Made by a program: the position numbers and the translations under genes. From a virus (taxonomy: Duplodnaviria; Caudoviricetes), in the IMG/VR virus record IMGVR_UViG_3300030385_001684, positions 1 to 47,857 of that record: a stretch of DNA of 47,857 nucleotides. One strand, written 5' to 3'. Shown here in pieces: positions 1 through 9,643 of this stretch (position 1 is its first letter; each line of letters begins with the position of its first letter). Below the pieces are notes generated by a model. That model was not told the DNA's origin and searched no databases. It worked only from the letters and a program-made list of their open reading frames with translations.

Positions 1-186
1 CCCCGCCTCGCCCTTCGCTACCTCGCCGGCGCGCTGATCGCGATCGGCTGGTCGGAGAGCGACGCCATGTGGTTCCTCGGGGATCCCGAGATCGTCAGCT
101 ACATCACGCTTGGCATCGGCGCCCTGATCGGCACCGGAACCGAGCTCTGGTACGCCCTCGCCAAGCGCTGGGGGTGGCGGACGTGA
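1..186 (+). CDS. Putative holin, 3' part (gene starts at GTG 47744 and wraps the junction)
   Basis: Joined ORF MIGLLTRLALRYLAGALIAIGWSESDAMWFLGDPEIVSYITLGIGALIGTGTELWYALAKRWGWRT has two hydrophobic segments and a basic C-terminus; lies between endolysin and spanins. Confidence 0.65.
   Translation, partial: PRLALRYLAGALIAIGWSESDAMWFLGDPEIVSYITLGIGALIGTGTELWYALAKRWGWRT
2..99. repeat. Terminal direct repeat, left copy (circular assembly overlap)
   Basis: 2-99 is identical to 47760-47857 and falls mid-gene, as expected for the k-mer overlap of a circular contig. Confidence 0.95.
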
Positions 187-419
187 TCCCGTGGCGCCTC
201 ATCATCGCGGTTGCCGGCGTCGTCGCTCTCGCGGCGTTCCTCGCCTACGTCGTGACGCTGATCCGCACTGACGCGGCCCGCGACCAGATCGACGCAATCA
301 AGCAGCAGAACCAGGAGGCCGGCGATGCTGGTGAAAACGCTCGCCGCGGCCGCGCTGATTGCGTCGCTGACGGGATGCTCTGGGACTACGAGCACGGCTT
401 CTGTGTCCGCGCAAACTGA
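183..419 (+). CDS. i-spanin (Rz-like)
   Basis: GTG overlaps the holin stop; one N-terminal TM helix (WRLIIAVAGVVALAAFLAYVV), then a helical segment with C-terminal cysteines; overlapped by a lipoprotein gene. Confidence 0.7.
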   Translation: MIPWRLIIAVAGVVALAAFLAYVVTLIRTDAARDQIDAIKQQNQEAGDAGENARRGRADCVADGMLWDYEHGFCVRAN

Positions 420-570
420 CCTGCGCCGCGCCATCGGAACCGCCCTGCCCGGCACGCGCGGCCTGACCGCCGCCGACCAGAACGCCATCGACGACACCGT
501 GGCGGGCTCTTGTGCCATCGGGCTGTACCGGCCCGACGAGTGCCGGCGCCACAACGGAGTAGCGCGGTGA
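325..570 (+). CDS. o-spanin lipoprotein (Rz1-like)
   Basis: Signal peptide with lipobox LTG-C; overlaps the i-spanin 3' end in another frame. Confidence 0.75.
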   Translation: MLVKTLAAAALIASLTGCSGTTSTASVSAQTDLRRAIGTALPGTRGLTAADQNAIDDTVAGSCAIGLYRPDECRRHNGVAR

Positions 571-986
571 TCATTGGTCGCATCAAGAAACGGTTCCAGG
601 AGAGAGCGTCGGAGTGGTTCTGCGCCGCCGTCACGCTCTCCTTCGGCGCCACGCTGCTCCACCCGAGCGAGACATTCACCAGTCCGGCCTACCGCGCCTT
701 CGAGTGGCCGGGCGAGTTCTGGACCGGCGTGATCGTCGCGGCCGTCGGCTTCACGTGGCTGATCGGCCTGATCGTCAACGGCGCCCGCCAGAAGGTCACG
801 TCCACGATCCGCATGGTCTGCGCGTTCATGGGCGCGCTGGTGTTCGGGATGCTCGGCATCGGTTTTCTGGGCGCCTATTTCATCAACGGCGTCCTGTCGA
901 CAGGCGTCGGCCACTACCTCCTCGACAGCGTCCTGGTGCTCTACACGCTCTACCACATCGCCGCCGATAAGCGGGAAAATGGCTGA
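567..986 (+). CDS. Multi-TM membrane protein (possible second holin or lysis accessory)
   Basis: GTGA overlap with the o-spanin stop; about 4 hydrophobic segments. Confidence 0.65.
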   Translation: MIIGRIKKRFQERASEWFCAAVTLSFGATLLHPSETFTSPAYRAFEWPGEFWTGVIVAAVGFTWLIGLIVNGARQKVTSTIRMVCAFMGALVFGMLGIGFLGAYFINGVLSTGVGHYLLDSVLVLYTLYHIAADKRENG

Positions 987-1339
987 TGGAGGGCGTACCA
1001 GAATGGGTTATGGCGGTCGGCGCAGCCGGCGGCGCCATGCTCGCGGCGTTCGTGGCGCGCATGGGCTGGAAGTCCGGCAGCACCCCCGCGCGGCAGGAAA
1101 TTGAGATGGCCGGAGCGCTCGTCGACAGTTCGTCGGTCAAGGTGCTCGCCGCGTCGATCGAGGCGCTCGCCTTCACGCTGAAAGACCTCGAGAGCAAGAT
1201 GCACGGCCCGGCGAAAGAGCGCCGCGAAAGCGCTGACGACACGATCGAGGCGCTCCGCAACCACACCCGCGAACTGAACGAACTCCGCCACGAACTGCGC
1301 GAAATCCGTGGGGAAATGTCCTCGCGGCCGCGCAAGTAG
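986..1339 (+). CDS. Membrane-anchored coiled-coil protein
   Basis: N-terminal TM helix, heptad-rich C-terminus, coupled to the upstream gene. Confidence 0.65.
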   Translation: MEGVPEWVMAVGAAGGAMLAAFVARMGWKSGSTPARQEIEMAGALVDSSSVKVLAASIEALAFTLKDLESKMHGPAKERRESADDTIEALRNHTRELNELRHELREIRGEMSSRPRK

Positions 1340-1351
1340 CAAGGCCACCTG

Positions 1352-3001
1352 ATGCCCAGCCAGAATGCCGTCAATCCGATCACGGGCAAGCGCTACGCCT
1401 GGGAGGAAGAACAGCGCCGTCTGGCCGGCAAGGATCCCGAGCTCGATCGGATCAACGCCGAAGCCGCGATGTTCGAGCGCCAGCTTACGGCGGTCAAGGC
1501 GCGCGACGATCTGCTGGCATACACCAAGTTCACGATGCCCGACCCAGAGGCGCCGAGCGACGTTCACCGCTCGCGCTACAAGGCCGCGCAGTTCCACGAA
1601 ATCATCGCGCGTCATCTGGAAGAGGTCGAGGCCGGCGACGTCCGGCAGCTGATCTTCTGTATGCCTCCGCGCCACGGCAAGACCGAGATGGCGACGAAGC
1701 GGCTGGCCGCCTGGTATTCGGGACGCCACCCCGACCAGAACATCGCGGTCGGCTCCTACTCCGACACGATGGCCGAGGACATGGGCGCCGACACGCGCGC
1801 CATCCTCGCGACCGCCCAGCACAAGCAGGTCTTCCCGTCCTACCGGCTGCGGCGCGGCGGCAACGCCAAGGCGAACATCCAGACGCAGGAAGGCGGGCGC
1901 CTCGTCTTCGTCGGACGCGGCGGCGCGCTGACCGGCCGCGGCGCGCATCTCCTACTCATCGACGATCTTTACAAGGACCATGAGGAGGCCCGCAGCCAGG
2001 CCGTGCGCGACGCGGCGTGGAACTGGTTCACGAAGGTCGCCATGACGCGCCGGATGGGCAAGAAGCTCGTCGTCATTACGATGACGCGCTGGCACTCCGA
2101 CGACGTGATCGGCCGGATCACCGATCCGGATAACCCGCACTTCAACGCGATCGAGGCGAAGAAGTGGAAGATCATCCGGCTGCCGGCGATCGCCGAGGAC
2201 GACGACCCGCTCGGCCGCGAAGAAGGCGAGCCGCTGTGGCCGGACGGACCCGACCAGTTCGATCTGGACTTCCTCCAGAGCCAGCAACGCCTCGACCCGA
2301 TGGGCTTCGCGTCGCTCTACCAGCAGCGCCCGACCGTCGCCGATGGCATCCTGTTCCGGCGCGAGAACATCCAGCGCTACCACCCGCACGAACTGCCGGA
2401 CGACCTGCGCTTCTACTGCACGTCCGACCACGCGGTTGGCACGAAGCAGCGCAACGACCCGTCCTGCTTCGGCAAGGCCGGCGTCGACAAGCAGGACAAC
2501 ATCTGGCTGACCGACCTGTTCTGGAAGCGCGTGCCGACTGATCAGGCCGTCGAGGCGATGCTGGCGATGGGCGGCGGGAGCCAGAAACCCCTGCTGTGGT
2601 GGGCCGAGCGCGGCCACATCTCGAAGTCGATCGGGCCGTTCCTGCGGAAGCGCATGATGGAAACGGGCACCTACATCAACATCGTCGAGGTCACGCCGAC
2701 CACCGACAAGGAGACCCGCGCCCAGTCGATCGCGGCGCGCGTGGCGCTCGGCAAGGTCTACATCCCGCACGGGCCGATCTGGGACAAGGCGATCGAGGAG
2801 ATGCTGGGCTTCCCGAACGCCCTGCACGATGACTTCGTCGACATGCTGTCTCTGTTCGGTCTCGGCCTTCAAAGCCAGCACGGGCCGAAAGAGCAGACAA
2901 AACGGACAGAACCGGCTAAGTTCGGCACACTCGCCTGGGTCAAGGAACATGACCGTTGGGCCGAATACAAGAAACGCGCAGCCGCCCAAGGGGGTTTCTG
3001 A
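1352..3001 (+). CDS. terL: Terminase large subunit
   Basis: Walker A MPPRHGKT, GGALTGRGA, Walker B LLIDD, TRWH coupling motif, C-terminal nuclease FPNALHDDFVD. Confidence 0.96.
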   Translation: MPSQNAVNPITGKRYAWEEEQRRLAGKDPELDRINAEAAMFERQLTAVKARDDLLAYTKFTMPDPEAPSDVHRSRYKAAQFHEIIARHLEEVEAGDVRQLIFCMPPRHGKTEMATKRLAAWYSGRHPDQNIAVGSYSDTMAEDMGADTRAILATAQHKQVFPSYRLRRGGNAKANIQTQEGGRLVFVGRGGALTGRGAHLLLIDDLYKDHEEARSQAVRDAAWNWFTKVAMTRRMGKKLVVITMTRWHSDDVIGRITDPDNPHFNAIEAKKWKIIRLPAIAEDDDPLGREEGEPLWPDGPDQFDLDFLQSQQRLDPMGFASLYQQRPTVADGILFRRENIQRYHPHELPDDLRFYCTSDHAVGTKQRNDPSCFGKAGVDKQDNIWLTDLFWKRVPTDQAVEAMLAMGGGSQKPLLWWAERGHISKSIGPFLRKRMMETGTYINIVEVTPTTDKETRAQSIAARVALGKVYIPHGPIWDKAIEEMLGFPNALHDDFVDMLSLFGLGLQSQHGPKEQTKRTEPAKFGTLAWVKEHDRWAEYKKRAAAQGGF

Positions 3002-5187
3002 TGGACTTCGACGAGACCGGCGCCGCACCGATGACGGCCGACATGACCGCGCCCGTCGCCGCCGAGGAGCCGCAGGCCCCGGAGAACGAGAAGGCGCTGG
3101 TGCGCCGCATCCAGGCGACGATCCGCGGTGACAAGAAGCACCACGAAAAGGCATTTGACCGGATGCGCCGCGATATGTTCGTCGCGATGCACGGCTACGA
3201 GGACAAGGTCTATCCGGCGGCCAGCTACAAGGCGAACATCACCGGCCGCCACATCCAGCAGAAGACGGCCGCGCTCTACGCCAAGAACCCGAAGGCCGTC
3301 GCCCGCCGGCGCGAGACGCTGGACTTCACCGTCTGGGACGAGAGCCCGCAGTCGCTCGAACAGGCCATGATGGCGCTGAACATGGCGCAGCAGGCGCTGA
3401 TGCCGAGCGTCGACGAGATGGGAATGCCGGTCGAGGCGCAGGGCATCCCGCCGCACATGGTCCAGGCTTTCGAGCAGGCGCAGGCCGTCGTCGCCGACTT
3501 CCAGCAGGGCATGGAGCGGCGCAACATGGTCTCCAAGGTCGGCAAGACCATGGAGATCCTGTTCGCGCAGGCGCTGCGCGAGCAGAAGCCGGTGGACTTC
3601 AAGACGGGCGCCAAGCAGCTGGTGCGCCGCGCCTGCACGACCGGCGTCGGCTATGTCGAGCTCGGCTTCCAGCGCGAGACCGGGCCGAGACCCGGCATGA
3701 GCGAGAAGCTGGCCGACTTCCGCGCCCGGCTCGACCACATGAAGCGTCTCGCCAGCGAGGTCGCCGACGGCGACATCCAGCAGGACGACGCCGAGATGGC
3801 CGAACTGGAGGCGTCTATCAACGCGCTCCAGAGCGAGCCCGAGATCGTGCTGCGCGAGGGTCTGATCTTCGACTTCCCGCAGTCGACGAAGGTCATCCCC
3901 GACAAGATGTGCCATTCGCTCGTCGGCTTCATCGGCGCCCGCCACGTCACGATTGAATATCTGTTCACGGTCGACGAGGTCGAGGAGATGTTCGGCGTCG
4001 ACCTGAAGCAAGAGGGCTTCAAGGGATACTCGGCCGACGGCAAGGTCGCCGAGGAGGCCAGCGAGATCAATTCGGTGCCGGACGACACCGACGACGAGGA
4101 CGAGATCAAGCCGAACAGCAGCGGTAAGGGCACCAGTGGGCTCGTCTGCGTCTGGAAGCACTACGACAAGCCGTCCGGGCTGGTCTACTACCTCGCCCAC
4201 GGCCATGACAGCTTCCTGCGGCCGCCGGCGGCGCCGGACGTCTTCGTTGAGGACTTCTGGCCGGTTTACGCGCTGACCTTCAACGCCTGCGAGAGCGAAA
4301 CCGAACTGTTCCCGCCGTCGGACGTCGCGCTGATGCTCGACCAGCAGATGGAATACAACCGCTCCCGCCAGGGGATGCGTGAGCACCGCCGCGCCGCCCG
4401 GCCGCGCTGGGCGTACCCGAATGGGTCGATCGAGAACGAGGACATCGAGAAGCTGAAGTCGATGGAGCCGTTCGAGGCCATCGGCTTTAATGTCGACCCG
4501 CAGACCAAGATCGCCGACATCCTCCAGACGATCCCGGTGCCCGGTGTCGACCCGAACCTGTATGAGACGGGCCAGCTGTTCACCGACATCCAGATCATCG
4601 TCGGCGCGCAGGAAGCCCAGCTTGGCGGCGTCAGCCAGGCGACGGCCACCGAGAGCGCCATCGCGGCCAGTTCCTCGGCCTCGTCGAGCGGGTCGAGCGT
4701 CGATGACCTCGACGCCTTCCTGACAATGCTGGCCCGGGCGTCCGGCCAGATCCTGCTGCGCGAGATGTCCGAGGAGCAGGTCAAGGCGGTCGCCGGTCCC
4801 GGCGCCGTCTGGCCGCACCTGACATTGGCCGAGATCGCCGACGAAGTGTTCCTCGAGGTCGAGGCCGGATCGACGGGCAAGCCGAACCAGCAGGTCGAAC
4901 TGAACGCCTGGAACCAGATGCTGCCGTTCCTGATCCAGATGCCCGGCATCAATCCGGAGTGGCTGGCCCGCGAGGCCATCCGCCGGCTGGACGACAAGAT
5001 GGACCTGACGGAAGCGCTCTCCAGCGGCATCCCGTCGATCGTCATGCAGAACCAGATGCAGCAGCCGGGCACCGGCGACGCGGCGACGGACCCGACGGCG
5101 CAGGGTGGCGAAGGCGCGGCGAACGGCCCGCCGGTGCCGGGCGGCCCGGGCGGGTCAGGGCCGGCGTTCGGCTCAAATCAGGTTTAG
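3001..5187 (+). CDS. Portal protein (podovirus type)
   Basis: About 728 aa directly after terL; ATATE motif and helical C-terminus typical of P22/T7-like portals; ATG 3001 overlaps the terL stop. Confidence 0.85.
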   Translation: MDFDETGAAPMTADMTAPVAAEEPQAPENEKALVRRIQATIRGDKKHHEKAFDRMRRDMFVAMHGYEDKVYPAASYKANITGRHIQQKTAALYAKNPKAVARRRETLDFTVWDESPQSLEQAMMALNMAQQALMPSVDEMGMPVEAQGIPPHMVQAFEQAQAVVADFQQGMERRNMVSKVGKTMEILFAQALREQKPVDFKTGAKQLVRRACTTGVGYVELGFQRETGPRPGMSEKLADFRARLDHMKRLASEVADGDIQQDDAEMAELEASINALQSEPEIVLREGLIFDFPQSTKVIPDKMCHSLVGFIGARHVTIEYLFTVDEVEEMFGVDLKQEGFKGYSADGKVAEEASEINSVPDDTDDEDEIKPNSSGKGTSGLVCVWKHYDKPSGLVYYLAHGHDSFLRPPAAPDVFVEDFWPVYALTFNACESETELFPPSDVALMLDQQMEYNRSRQGMREHRRAARPRWAYPNGSIENEDIEKLKSMEPFEAIGFNVDPQTKIADILQTIPVPGVDPNLYETGQLFTDIQIIVGAQEAQLGGVSQATATESAIAASSSASSSGSSVDDLDAFLTMLARASGQILLREMSEEQVKAVAGPGAVWPHLTLAEIADEVFLEVEAGSTGKPNQQVELNAWNQMLPFLIQMPGINPEWLAREAIRRLDDKMDLTEALSSGIPSIVMQNQMQQPGTGDAATDPTAQGGEGAANGPPVPGGPGGSGPAFGSNQV

Positions 5188-5220
5188 GCTGTCCGCAATC
5201 GCGGCTGGAGGAGATTACGA

Positions 5221-5541
5221 ATGGACATTCTGGCGCTCGCGCTGATGCTGCTGGCCGCTCACTGGGTGGCCGACTATCCGCTTCAGGGCGACTTCCTGGC
5301 GTCCGCAAAACAGAACGGGCCGCTTCGGGTCTATCACTTAATCGCACACGCCGGCATCCAGGGTGCCGCGGTGTTTCTGGTCACGGGGTCCGTCGTGTTG
5401 GGTGCAGCGGAATGGGCTCTGCACACGATTATCGACGAGGCCAAGACGCGCGGCGCCACGACGTTCGCGCAGGATCAGGCGCTGCACATCGCGTGCAAGG
5501 CCCTCTGGCTTGCCCTGATCACCGCCGGTTTCGTGGGCTGA
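5221..5541 (+). CDS. DUF3307-like membrane protein
   Basis: Pattern HWVADYPLQ...H...HTIID...DQALH; SD GGAGG upstream. Confidence 0.75.
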   Translation: MDILALALMLLAAHWVADYPLQGDFLASAKQNGPLRVYHLIAHAGIQGAAVFLVTGSVVLGAAEWALHTIIDEAKTRGATTFAQDQALHIACKALWLALITAGFVG

Positions 5542-5564
5542 TTATCTGTTGTCACCGCTGACGC

Positions 5565-5593
5565 TTGCCGAAACAGCAGTTATCGCGTATTTT
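5565..5593 (+). promoter_or_regulatory. Putative promoter for head genes
   Basis: TTGCCG-17 nt-TATTTT; same -35 form as at 43441 and 46913. Confidence 0.4.
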
Positions 5594-5617
5594 TCGCAAC
5601 ACGACTGAGGAGATGAC

Positions 5618-6604
5618 GTGAGCGACATCAACGAAAAGGACGTCGAAGACGGCGTCTCCGAGTTCGAGGACGAAGCGGGCGTGTCGAATGACACCGAACT
5701 GCCCGCGACCGCGGAAACGTCCACCGCGACCGACGACAACACATCCGAGGGCGAAGACACCCTGTCCCTGATCCGCGACGCGGTGACGGAAAAGGAAGAC
5801 CCCACGGAGGCCTCGTCAGCCGAAGGCGAAGAAGACGGTCAGGAGACCGGCGAAGACGATCCCAACGAGCAGGACGACGAGAACTACTCGGATGTCCCGT
5901 TCAACAAGCATCCGCGGTTCCAGAAGCTGCTGGCCGAGCGCAAGACCTTTCAGGCCGACGCGCAACGCTACCAGAACGTCCAGACCTTTCTGGACGAGCA
6001 GGGTCTGGGCGCCGAGGAAACGGCAGAGCTTCTCACGCTCGGCGGCCTGATGAAACGCAACCCGGCGGAAGCCTGGCAGCGCATGAAGCCGACGATCCAG
6101 AAGCTCCTGGTGGCCGCCGGGGAAGTTCTCCCCGAAGACCTCCAGTCCCGTGTGCAGAACGGCGAAATGAGCCGCGACGCCGCGATGGATGTCAGCCGCT
6201 CGCGGATGCGCGTGCAGTCGACGGAACGCAACCAGACCTGGGAACAGCAGCGGGCGCAGTCGCGCCAGCAGCAGGACCGGGCGGCAGCGATCACGACGGC
6301 CGTATCGACCTGGGAACAGGACCGCCGGACGAAGGATCCGAACTTCGACGCCAAGATGCCCGCGCTCCAGAAGGAGATCGCCTGGCTTCACACGACGGAA
6401 GGCAAGCCGAACACCCCCGAGGGTGTCAAAGCGCAGCTGAAGAAGGCGTACGACGCCGTCGCAGCCGCCGCCCCGGCTCCAGCCGCCCCGTCGCAGCGGA
6501 GACAGCCGATCGCCCCGGTTCGTGGCGGGCAGGTCGCAGGGAATGCACGCACCGAACCGACATCCACGCTCGACATCATTCGAGCGGCACGGAACCGGGC
6601 GTGA
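5618..6604 (+). CDS. Head scaffolding protein
   Basis: Very acidic N-terminus, coiled-coil core, located directly before the capsid gene. Confidence 0.75.
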   Translation: MSDINEKDVEDGVSEFEDEAGVSNDTELPATAETSTATDDNTSEGEDTLSLIRDAVTEKEDPTEASSAEGEEDGQETGEDDPNEQDDENYSDVPFNKHPRFQKLLAERKTFQADAQRYQNVQTFLDEQGLGAEETAELLTLGGLMKRNPAEAWQRMKPTIQKLLVAAGEVLPEDLQSRVQNGEMSRDAAMDVSRSRMRVQSTERNQTWEQQRAQSRQQQDRAAAITTAVSTWEQDRRTKDPNFDAKMPALQKEIAWLHTTEGKPNTPEGVKAQLKKAYDAVAAAAPAPAAPSQRRQPIAPVRGGQVAGNARTEPTSTLDIIRAARNRA

Positions 6605-6624
6605 CCGCATAAGGGCCTCGCACG

Positions 6625-7707
6625 ATGGCTTTCACCGCAGACGAAATCACGAACATCAACAACTCCGCTCTGGAAGTCTGGCTCGACAAGGGCAAGCTCT
6701 GGAAGCAGAACACGGCCAACAAGCCGATGCTCGAGGAGTTCAACAAGCGCGCCGGCAAGTTCAGCGGCGGCAATCTCGAGGTCTCCGTCGGCGTCAAGGG
6801 CGTCGGGCACGAAGGCGCTCTCGAAGGCTACACCCACGACGACCAGGTTGGGTACTACAACCCGACGAACGGTCAGCGTGCGAAGTATCCGTGGAAAGAG
6901 CACCACATCGGCACGGTGATCACCCACACCGAGCTCAAGATCGATGGCATCGACATCGTCGAGAACGGCAGCGACCAGACGACCCGCGAGATGAGCGGTC
7001 GCGAGGAGCATGTGCTGGCGAACCTGCTCGACGAGAAGATGGACGATCTGGGCGAGGACTACGCCTACAGCCTCGACCTGCTGATCCACGGTGACGGCAC
7101 CGCTGACGCCAAGGCACTCGCCGGTATCAGTTCGCTGATCCTGGAAGCCCCGGCGGCCGGTTCGACAGGCGGCATCAGCCGCGTCGCGAACTCCTACTGG
7201 CGCAACCGGGCGGCCACCGCGGCCAACGCTTCGGCGGGCGGCCAGGGTCCGATCACCTCGTCGGCCACCGCCGGCGGCGCGCTGATCACGTATCTCGACA
7301 AGGAGATGCGCTTCCGGAACCAGTTCCGGAACGGCGGCACGAACCAGATCCAGTTCGCCGGATCGGACTTCATCGACGCCTACAAGGCCGAGATGCGGGC
7401 CAACGGGTACTACACCCAGACCGGCTGGCAGGGTCAGAAGCCGGACGGCTCCATGCAGGATCCGAACCACGCCGGTGTGCCCTTCATCTGGGATCCGACG
7501 CTCGACGCGCTGGGCCTCGCCAAGCGCTGCTACGTCCTCGACATGAGCCGGGCGGGCATCCGTCTGCTCTACATGGACGGCCAGCGGATGAAGAAGCACA
7601 ACCCGGCCCGGCCGTATGACCGTTACGTCATGTATAACGGCATCACCATGACGGGCGTGCTGGTTGCCAAGCAGCTGAACACCTCGGGCGTCTACGACAT
7701 CGCCTAA
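6625..7707 (+). CDS. Major capsid protein
   Basis: 360 aa after the scaffold, strong codon bias, HK97-like features (DLLIHGDGT, GISSLI), followed by a hairpin. Confidence 0.88.
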   Translation: MAFTADEITNINNSALEVWLDKGKLWKQNTANKPMLEEFNKRAGKFSGGNLEVSVGVKGVGHEGALEGYTHDDQVGYYNPTNGQRAKYPWKEHHIGTVITHTELKIDGIDIVENGSDQTTREMSGREEHVLANLLDEKMDDLGEDYAYSLDLLIHGDGTADAKALAGISSLILEAPAAGSTGGISRVANSYWRNRAATAANASAGGQGPITSSATAGGALITYLDKEMRFRNQFRNGGTNQIQFAGSDFIDAYKAEMRANGYYTQTGWQGQKPDGSMQDPNHAGVPFIWDPTLDALGLAKRCYVLDMSRAGIRLLYMDGQRMKKHNPARPYDRYVMYNGITMTGVLVAKQLNTSGVYDIA

Positions 7708-7722
7708 AGGCCAGAACCAGCA

Positions 7723-7750
7723 AGGGCGCCTTCCGGGGCGCCCTCTCCTT
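7723..7750 (+). terminator. Hairpin after the capsid gene
   Basis: AGGGCGCC-loop-GGCGCCCT followed by a pyrimidine run. Confidence 0.5.
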
Positions 7751-7773
7751 CAATCGTTCAAGGGAACAAGGTC

Positions 7774-8214
7774 ATGGTCAATCGTCGCCATCAGGTCGTT
7801 CAGACCACTCTCGCATCCGCCGTCGCCGATGAAGGCACTGTCACCCTCGCCTATCCGGCGGGCACCGTGCAGGCCGACTACACCGGCGCCAACGCCGCGA
7901 CCGGCCACACGGCCACCGTCGCGGGCAACAACCGCTACACCGGCGCCCAGATCGCCGTCTCGTTCGGCGCGTCGAACATCACGCTCACGAATGACAGCGG
8001 CGAGACCTGGCCGGCAGGCTCCAGCCTCGTCGTCGGCCTGGAACAGTCCGACACCGTCACCGCGCTGACCGACAGTTCGGGCGGCACCGCCTCCGACACG
8101 ATCGCCGCGATCGGCGCCACCTACGCCCAGGCCGAGGTCCGCAACGCGGTTGCCTCGCTGACGGCCAAGGTCAACGCGCTTCAGCGTCAGATGGACAGCG
8201 CCGGCATCATCTAA
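7774..8214 (+). CDS. Putative head decoration/fibre protein
   Basis: Thr/Ala/Gly-rich beta region plus a C-terminal coiled coil (LTAKVNALQRQM); follows the capsid gene. Confidence 0.6.
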   Translation: MVNRRHQVVQTTLASAVADEGTVTLAYPAGTVQADYTGANAATGHTATVAGNNRYTGAQIAVSFGASNITLTNDSGETWPAGSSLVVGLEQSDTVTALTDSSGGTASDTIAAIGATYAQAEVRNAVASLTAKVNALQRQMDSAGII

Positions 8215-8219
8215 GACCG

Positions 8220-8244
8220 CTGGCGGGCTTCGGCCCGCCGGTTT
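8220..8244 (+). terminator. Intrinsic terminator/hairpin
   Basis: GGCGGGC-TTCG-GCCCGCC with a UUCG tetraloop, then TTT. Confidence 0.6.
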
Positions 8245-8268
8245 GCCTCCCAACCCGAAGGAACACCC

Positions 8269-8703
8269 ATGCAGATCGCGAACGTCCTGATCTCCCTCGC
8301 CGGCGACCACCGCAACACCGTCCCGAAGCTGGGCGTGACCGCGGCCGAGATCCCGGTGCTCCAGATGATCCACGGAGCCGACGCGGTGCGGGACATCGAG
8401 CCCGCCGGCGAGATCGATCGCGCCAACCGCGAGGAGCGCGCCCGGTTGGCCCGCACCTACCGCGCCAAGGAAGGCCGCAGCCCGGTCGAACAGCTTTACC
8501 CCGGCGCCGCGGCGCGCGTCTTCGAGACGCTCGACGAGCTCGGGCTGAACGAGGAGTTCTACAAGGCCGACCGTCGCATGACGCCGCGCAGCGCCCCGTC
8601 GAAGTCGGCGAAGCAGGCAGCGAAGACGGCCAAGAGCTCGGCGCCTGCCGCCGAGACCGACGATGGCGTCGGTGAAATGAGCGACGCTTCGGCGTTCGCG
8701 TAA
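8269..8703 (+). CDS. Hypothetical protein in the virion module
   Basis: SD GAAGGA, phage-like codon use; ends SAFA. Confidence 0.75.
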   Translation: MQIANVLISLAGDHRNTVPKLGVTAAEIPVLQMIHGADAVRDIEPAGEIDRANREERARLARTYRAKEGRSPVEQLYPGAAARVFETLDELGLNEEFYKADRRMTPRSAPSKSAKQAAKTAKSSAPAAETDDGVGEMSDASAFA

Positions 8704-8718
8704 CGAAGGAGCGAAGCG

Positions 8719-8892
8719 GTGGACGAAATCGCGAACTACAGCAACGGCCCGGTCTCGGGCAAGCCGGTGAAGTCCGGAAAGAAGCTGTTCGAGCAGGTCA
8801 AGGAAGGCCTCCAGAACGGCAAGGCCCCGCCCGAGCAGGAAGCCCCTGCCCGCGCCGAGGCGAAGAAGGCCGACGACAAGAAGTCGAAGTAA
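8719..8892 (+). CDS. Small Lys-rich hypothetical protein (57 aa, not in ORF track)
   Basis: SD GAAGGAG and GTG start; MDEIANYSNGPVSGKPVKSGKKLFEQ...KKSK; fills the gap between neighbours. Confidence 0.6.
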   Translation: MDEIANYSNGPVSGKPVKSGKKLFEQVKEGLQNGKAPPEQEAPARAEAKKADDKKSK

Positions 8893-8901
8893 GGACACAG
8901 C

Positions 8902-9642
8902 ATGGCCCGCAGGACGACACTGGTTCAACTCCTGACCGACCTGCGGGCCGAAACGCGCGCATCGCTGAACCCGGCGCACAACACGCAGGTTCGCGACACC
9001 CACATCAATCTGCTCCAGCGCACGCAGGAGCGTCTGTGGGACGACTTCACCTGGCCGCATCTGCGCGTCGAGCGCCAGATCGAGGTGCAGGCCGGGCAGC
9101 GCTACTATGACACCCCCGAAGACCTCGACATCGACCGGATCGAGCGCCTGGACCTGTTCACGGATGGGTACTGGATGCCGCTCGCCCCCGGCATCGATGG
9201 CTGCGCCCTGTCGGCCTACAACAGCGATCTGGGCGAGCGGTCCTACCCGCTGCGCCGCTGGCGCATCGCCGAGGGCCAGGACGACGATTACGATCTCGCG
9301 CAGGTCGAGCTCTGGCCGATCGCCGACCGCAACGCGGACGCGACGACCCGCGACGGCTACCTGAAATTCACCGGCATCCGGAAGCTTCAGCCGCTCACCG
9401 ACGACAACCACCGCGCCGATCTCGACGACCGGCTGATCGTGCTTTACGCGGCCGCCGAGCTTCTCGGCGCGTCCGGCGCCAAGGACGCGACGCTGAAGCT
9501 TGATGCGGCGAACCGGCTCTATGCGCGCCTGCGGTCGGGCCTGACGCCCAGCCGCCGGTTCCGGATGTTCGGTGTCGGCGATCGCACGCTGCGCCGCAGC
9601 CATCCGCGCATGATCACCAACTACCGTCCGGCAGGCTCCTAG
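8902..9642 (+). CDS. Head-tail adaptor (tail tubular protein A-like)
   Basis: Position and size; pattern LWDDFTWP...YYDTPED...ELWP. Confidence 0.75.
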   Translation: MARRTTLVQLLTDLRAETRASLNPAHNTQVRDTHINLLQRTQERLWDDFTWPHLRVERQIEVQAGQRYYDTPEDLDIDRIERLDLFTDGYWMPLAPGIDGCALSAYNSDLGERSYPLRRWRIAEGQDDDYDLAQVELWPIADRNADATTRDGYLKFTGIRKLQPLTDDNHRADLDDRLIVLYAAAELLGASGAKDATLKLDAANRLYARLRSGLTPSRRFRMFGVGDRTLRRSHPRMITNYRPAGS

Positions 9643-9643
9643 C

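Noticed and set aside
1-99. Terminal repeat as a biological direct terminal repeat
   Set aside because: It is 98 nt, splits a gene and fits an assembler k-mer overlap; it shows circularity only
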